Source: Eledone cirrhosa (taxonomy: Eukaryota). Taken from it: DNA of 64,000 bases. Below are positions 57,327-64,000 of this stretch, piece by piece (position 1 is the stretch's first letter; every line of letters starts with the position of its first letter). Where the stretch lies: positions 171,926,001-171,990,000 of the forward strand of contig OZ024742.1 in the NCBI GenBank assembly GCA_964016885.1. Reading direction: 5' to 3'. The notes under the pieces were generated by a model that was not told the DNA's origin, did not search any database, and saw only the letters and a list, made by a program, of their open reading frames with translations. The position numbers were made by a program, and so were the translations under genes.

Positions 57327-57748
57327 TATATACGTGTGTGTGTGTGTTCTTTACACTCCCTTGTCTCCCATTCAAAATCTTGTCTTCTACATCATTATCG
57401 GGACATGAATATCGCTGTACATAATGCAACAGTAATAGTCATAGTAGAAGCAGTAGATTCTACTTGTGCCTTGTCCAACAGGGAAGGAAGGAGGTACTCA
57501 TGCCATGTTTTTTAGACGAATTCAGTCGGAAATCCAATGAGAATTATATACAGATATAGCTAGGAAGTAAAGCGACGTTTTATAAGTAATGAAATTCTTA
57601 GATCGAATTCCGGTTCCGGAGTATAAATAAGAGATCTTTATATATTACAACGCATAAACGACTTAATCTTAATATTTATTCTAACATAAGGACGCTGGAT
57701 CGTCGTTATGTATACAGCGTCTGATAATGATATTTGGACGGACGGTCG

Positions 57749-57783
<35 letters not shown>

Positions 57784-57789
57784 CATTAT

Positions 57790-57970
57790 ATACATGTGAT
57801 AATGTTGGAGCTAACAGTGAGTGCTAAATATGGAAGTAGATTTTAAATAGTTCTGTTACTCTGGAGTTTCACTTGCGTTGTCACAACATATCATCAGACG
57901 CGATTTGTCCGATGAACCTGTGAGTAAAGTGGTGAAACACCAGAGTTACAAGACTTAACCACAATACATT
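57790..57970. mobile_element. Small TA-flanked fold-back with back-to-back HHR motifs
   Basis: Minus GU-CUGAUGA...GAAA-CUC-CA-GAGUA-AC (57853-57899); plus UUGU-CCGAUGA-ACC...GGU-GAAA-C-ACCAGA-GUU-ACAA (57905-57951). Confidence 0.65.
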
Positions 57971-59267
57971 ATATATATATATATTAGGCGCAGAGATGGG
58001 TACTGTCCTCTCCAGAATCATTAGAATGAACCCGAACCCGCGTGTTTGTGAAGTGAAAACCTTATCATAAACATGCCCGAGGTTATTAGTAAATGTAAAT
58101 TTAATGTTATTCGTCCTTCATGTTATTCTATTTATTTTTCTTCGTTTACCTCATAATTAAAGAACATACCTAACCTGTTTCACATTCAACAGCCATTGTA
58201 ATTAAAATATCTATCGTATAATAATTACAATATCCATTTTAATTAGCTAGTCTATCGTAAAATACTAATTATTTCTTAATTTCCTTTTCTTAAGTACACT
58301 ATTTTAGCTACTGGTACATGGGAAAGTGCTGTTCTGTTTGAAATATTTACATCTGTTTGTAATAGACTCCACTCCCATCCAAGAGGACACTTATCTCACT
58401 TCCGCCAACATTTACTTCAGCATCATTATATATAGAATGACAGAGAAAGAGTTAAAGGGGAAGAGAGATAGAGAGAGTTAAATAGAATGAGCGGTTAGGT
58501 GAGCGCGGATAGGACGCAAAGAGAGTGAGTGCATGTGTGGAAATTGGATGGAATTAGAAGAGGTGGCAGAGAGAAGGTAAGGGATGGAGAGTGAATGGGA
58601 TGTAGAGAAAGTTGTTTGGGGTAAAAACGAAAGACAGTCAACGACGTGTATTATAAGTCATGGAAACAGGTGAAAGCTATTATTGCTAGATGTCTTAATG
58701 TTCCTCTTTATAAATGTTGTTGGAATATTGTTTTGTGAATTCTTAACATTAATATGTTGACAATGTCGACGCTGCAGACAACCAATTAATAAGATATTTT
58801 CTGATGATTTAAAGTTAAACTGATGTTAAGTACAGTCTCCTTTTTTTTCTTGGTCTACGCATTCTTTTCTTTTCTATTTTTATTTCTATATACACTACGT
58901 AATATCTTCTCTCCTCGTTGTCACTATTGCATTGCTATAGTTGATTATGACATTAACGCCTTCTTTAATGATGATTGTTATTTATTTATGTTCTTTCCTC
59001 ATATTTTTTCAACAATGAGAACCCCTACACCTGTTTTTCATAGTTATTTCAAAATAATTTGCAATAAATATGTAAGGAACTCTCTGCCGATAATATTCTC
59101 CTGCCGTAAACAACCAGTCCAAGATCGCCTGCCATTATTACTAAATCTGGCATTTAACCAGAATCTTTCCCTTCACGTTCCAAGCAATTTGTACTGACAG
59201 AAAATTTATCTATTTTCATACAATCCTCTTAAAATAATGAGCGAACAATCGAGAAGAACGTTCAATG

Positions 59268-59333
<66 letters not shown>

Positions 59334-59502
59334 GTGGGGGAGGGTGGGGGTGCTTGTGTCTGTGTACGTATGTATGTGCGCGGGCGTGTGTGTGTGTGTG
59401 CAATTCTTGCAGATTTCTATCAAGCCCCGCAGAGAATGTTGCTAATGATAAAACACCAAACATGAATATAAAGAGAAAGAAAAAAAATGCATATATATAT
59501 AT

Positions 59503-59557
<55 letters not shown>

Positions 59558-60139
59558 TATGTGTGTGTGTGTATGTATATATATACATATAGGTATTAAA
59601 ATGTGAAAACAATACAAAAGAACAAAAAAAAGAAGAGAAAAAGGACTGTAATAAAGGAAGATAAATTTAGGTAAACTGAGGCGATTCATGGCGCAATGTA
59701 CACATACGAACTGATAACCTTTATGTGCTATGTCTGCCAAACACTACCCCTTGCTTTTAGCTATCCCTCTCTACTACCTATCATTCTCTTTTACTGGCCT
59801 CCTCTCATTCATGATCTATATATATATATATATACTTATACACTATGAAGTTGGAGCAGGGCGTAATCGTGGGTGTGTAATTGCACATATATAATGAGGG
59901 TACTGCAGTATAAAGATCATTTTTCTGTGTAATGCTAAGTCCTTGACACGGTTTTAATTCTCAGTTCTAACCAAACAATCTTCCCAGTCTTCATTACTTA
60001 TGACGTGCATGTAGCAATAAATGTTGTATCTCCATAATTATCCCGGGCAAAATGTTGCTAATAATAATATATATTGCTAATAATAATATCGTTACATTCA
60101 AGTCATTCGTATATGAATAGCTTACATAAATAATTTTCA

Positions 60140-60440
60140 AGGCAATCTGTCGGTTACGACGACGCGTGTTCTAAATGATACGATCAACAGAACAGCCGGC
60201 ACATGAAATTATCGTGCAAGTGGCTGAGATTACCACTGACACATGAATTTAACGTAGTTCCCTAGGAGATTAAGATTGACAGCGAAAGTAACAAGGTTGG
60301 TCTTTCGAATTACAGGTACAACTCATTTCTATCAGATGAGTGGACTGGAGCAACGGGAAATAAAATGTCTTGTCGGGAATCGAACTCGCACTTCACGGTT
60401 GTGAGACAAATACCTTAACCACAAAGCCACGCACCTTCAC
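60140..60440 (-). mobile_element. tRNA-derived SINE
   Basis: Minus head GAAGGTGCGTGGCTTTGTGGTTAAGG, B-box GTTCGATTCC, body TTTCCCGTTGCTCCAGTCCACTCA. Confidence 0.8.
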
Positions 60441-60454
60441 ACACACAGACACAG

Positions 60455-60541
<87 letters not shown>

Positions 60542-60679
60542 AACGCACACATATATATATATATGTGTGTGTGTGTATGTGTGTGTGTGTGTGTGTGTAT
60601 GTGTGTGTGTGCATGTGTATATGTGTGTATGTGTGTGTGTGTGTGTATGTGTGTGTATGTGTGTGTGTGTGTGTGCGTG

Positions 60680-60737
<58 letters not shown>

Positions 60738-60899
60738 CGTGTGTGTGTGTGTTAACTATTTCCGTGGAAAAGTTAATAAAGATTTCATCTGATAAATTAC
60801 ATCAAACGTTTCTGTAAGAATCGTCTAACTTCGCAAAACCTTGTGTAATGAAATAATTATATTGTAATATATATATATGAAATCGTTTTTCGAAACAAA

Positions 60900-61388
60900 T
60901 ATTGTATACTTGGGAAGGGTCATATTGTTGTAAAATATTGCTAGAAATAATAACAGAACACACTCACTGTTTGGTTGGTTTTCGCTCTGGATCTTTTATA
61001 TCTCCATAGTTAATTTATTTGGAAATCAATGTTTATCATTGACTGACCAACGGTTAAAAATACTGATATAAATATTTATAGTCTAACAATGTTCTTTCGT
61101 TGCACATATGCAAATACAATTGGCGTGAACATTACAATACAATACCTTAGGAGGGAACAGTACTACTGATGATGTTGTAGATGTGGAACGAAAGAACTGT
61201 GTTAGACTATATATATATATTTATATCTGTATTTTTACACGTTGGTCAGTCAATGATACACGTTGATTGCCAAATAAATTAACTATGGAGATATAAAAGA
61301 TACAGAAGCGAAAACCAACCAAACAGTGAGTGTGTTCTGTTATTATTTCTGGCAATATTATTACACCAATATGACTCTCGCCAAGTGT

Positions 61389-61392
<4 letters not shown>
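60900..61392. repeat. Nested inverted repeats (family D arms around an inner fold-back)
   Basis: 60907-61075 is inverted at 61220-61392; inner 61078-61109 is inverted at ~61180-61210. Confidence 0.85.
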
Positions 61393-61417
<25 letters not shown>

Positions 61418-61419
<2 letters not shown>

Positions 61420-61987
61420 CGATATTAAATAAATGGAAACTATATTTATAAAATTGTTTTATCCCAACAATTTTAAATAGAACTTTTGCATATATTCTGC
61501 TCCAATATTGTTGTTTTATAAATATAGTTTCCATTTATTTAATATCGTATATCTACTCCAAAAACTTGTCGAGTGCTTTATATTAGTTATAAAATATTTA
61601 CTTGTTGTATCCCAACAATTTTAAATAGAACTTTTGCATATATATATATATATATATATACAAAGGTTATATTTAATTTGTTGGAATTCAACTTAAAAGT
61701 TTTATAACTGATAAATAGCACTCAAAAGATTAGTGGAGTCAATATTCATTATATTAATAAATGGAAACTATATTTATAAAACCATAATTATTTTATTATA
61801 TATATTTCAAGGCGAACCTCCAACCGTCAAGGTTGTTCTTCTGCGGGTATGTCAATATTTATAAAACAAATTTTGTATTTTATCTGATGAAAGCACACCA
61901 AAATTTGCCTGAGTTGCCCTTCAAATATATATAATAAAATAATCATGGTTTATAAATATAGTTTCCATTTATTAATATAATGAAATG
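61418..61987. mobile_element. Two family C fold-backs (61418-61638, 61661-61987); HHR at 61878-61939 with a G12-to-C change
   Basis: Arms AATAAATGGAAACTATATTTATAAAA; UUUUAU-CUGAUGA(61884)...CAAA-U-AUAU-AUA-AUAAAA, where the other arms have GAAA. Confidence 0.75.
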
Positions 61988-62317
61988 TATATACATATAT
62001 ATATATATACTGGTCTTTAAAGCGATGAAATACCAATGATGGTTGGAAGATCACTGATGAAGGACTAACTTTATTCATATATATATATATATATATATAT
62101 AGTTGAAGGGAACGACAAAACAGATACAAACTGTCTCATTAGTTTTACACTGTATATGGAAAAGGGGAAATAATTTCGGGATTTCCTAGACTTGGTACTC
62201 TACTATACTTTCTAAAACCTCCACGGCGGGAAGTCATTTTTCTGTTTATGACATACTGAATGAGAAGGGGTAGACAACCCTAAGAAACTTATGTACCTGT
62301 ACATGTCACTCTTGTAA

Positions 62318-62418
62318 TTAATTGTTTCTACTTTAGGCACAAGGCCAGCAATTATCCAGCACATTACTGGTACTTTATTTTATCGACCCCGTAAGTATGA
62401 AAGGCAAAGTTAACCTCA
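62318..62418 (-). mobile_element. SINE 3' fragment (TTTGCCTTTCATCC family)
   Basis: GGCACAAGGCCAGCAATT...TTTTATCGACCCCGTAAGTATGAAAGGCAAAGTTAACCTC. Confidence 0.85.
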
Positions 62419-63833
62419 ACTCGTCTCATGGACTGATATCTATACCAAATTTATATATATATATTGATATAGGAATCACATAGAGATGAGGGGGAATTCC
62501 AAGAAATAACTAACAGACGACAGAGAAGGTAATGGTGGGTGGTGTTGGTTATGTAGTAGTAGATGATCGGCTTTGATGATTGTAGTAATGGCGATAGTTG
62601 TGTTAGAGGAGTAATAGGAAGGACCCTGCAAGTTGATGCGTATTGCTGTAGGGTTTATACTGAGATATTATGATCGAAATAAGGAAAGAAGTGTGAGCTA
62701 GATTTATAAATTACATTATTGTAGAATTGGGCCACGGCTTTTCAATATGAATAGGATGATCTCCCACTGGTAATATCCAAAGGGAATATTGTTATAACGA
62801 AATAATCGAATTCAATGAAGTCTATTGCTCCGGATCAGAGTCAACATCTATCTGATGTTTTGCAAAGCACACAATACGGTAATGTTATTGATTAATGTTT
62901 ATATTTATCTTATTTTTTTATATAGTTTTGTTTTAATCTATCAGCCTGTCATCAAAATATTCACACACGCAGACCTATGAATATTTTGAATAGACTTATA
63001 TGTGTTTCCTTCTTTTGAAGAATGTGGGTTGAGATTTGAAAAAAAAAAAGAAACCTCGCTGCTATTTCAAACAAACGTAATTAGGTGTAGGCTCCCCTGT
63101 TTGCGTTAAGATGGGGAAGGATATGTTTTTTTTTCAGTGGAGATGGGTTGATATATGCTATCTCGAGAGGAGAGAACTACATTATTAAATGGATCTTCTT
63201 TTGAAGGCTTTAAGAAAAAGGTTGAACTGATTTACTGGTTATTTCTAGCATGTACAATAAATTGGTAGAGGATCCATATTAGGCACAAGATAATGGTAGG
63301 ACGTTTGTTGGTCAGCACAGTCCAAATTGGACTGGCCAATTTTATCCAGTGGGTTCTTCTCGTTTGAAGGTAAGATAAGGTTTGGGTCTTATTTCTAGCA
63401 TGAGAAATAACTAGGTATAGACTCCATGTTTGCATCAAGAGTGTGGTGAAGATAAGTAAGCTGTGTGAGATGGCATGTTAAGCATAACTTGCAGCTAGTG
63501 AGAGACAGATGCTAAGCAAGGATCCTGTGATTTAGACAATATATACGTTGGCTGATGAGATCAAATTCCATGACTGACTGCTACATGTATATATTCTAGT
63601 TATGTATACATAAAAGATTACAAGAGATAGTTAACTTGCTCAAGGACAGCAGGAAATAGTTACAGTGTGCTGTGTATATATGAACAGTACATTAAATAAG
63701 TGTAATATCAACTGTTGACTGATATTATACACCAGTGAAACCTATAAACACGGCAACGTTTGTTTTACTTACACACTTTATTACCAAATACTTCCAGGAA
63801 ACAACAGTTTTTCAGCTTTTACATACACACGCG

Positions 63834-63921
<88 letters not shown>

Positions 63922-63942
63922 CATATTTATATATATATATAT

Positions 63943-64000
63943 AAGTAGAAGTGGTATTTAATTTGTTGGAAGTCCAACAAACACAGTTGTTTATAACTGA
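63943..64000 (-). mobile_element. Family C tail, cut by the window edge
   Basis: TATTTAATTTGTTGGAA...TTTATAACTGA matches 61669-61711 and, reversed, 29394-29450. Confidence 0.7.

Noticed and set aside
63230-63600. Possible CR1/L2 remnant
   Set aside because: Too degenerate; only a short direct repeat (TTATTTCTAGCATG) is certain.

Overview
AT-rich, microsatellite-saturated animal DNA, probably intronic or intergenic. The SINE families and (TA)n/(CA)n density suggest a coleoid cephalopod such as Octopus (inference). No intact protein-coding gene is visible; the supplied ORFs are mostly simple-repeat artefacts. The main hidden structure is a dense set of Penelope-like element (PLE) relics, mostly inside (TA)n tracts, sharing a fold-back layout: tail + inverted pseudo-LTR / spacer / pseudo-LTR. 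They carry about 16 recognisable type-I hammerhead ribozyme (HHR) motifs from several families. These include a U3-A8 core variant with extended stem II (30506-30618, 31645-31760, 40745-40850), a very long stem II form (19937-20072, 20637-20770) and an AUA-cleaving form (9495-9565, 35573-35641). Decayed PLE coding relics support the assignment: GIY-YIG endonuclease pieces at 10237-10365(-) and 30686-30901(+), and RT at 48910-49598(+). Also present are many tRNA-derived SINEs, a Helitron-like insertion nested in a PLE relic, an RTE-like LINE remnant and one candidate 36-nt microexon. All structures were paired by eye; nothing was computed or searched.
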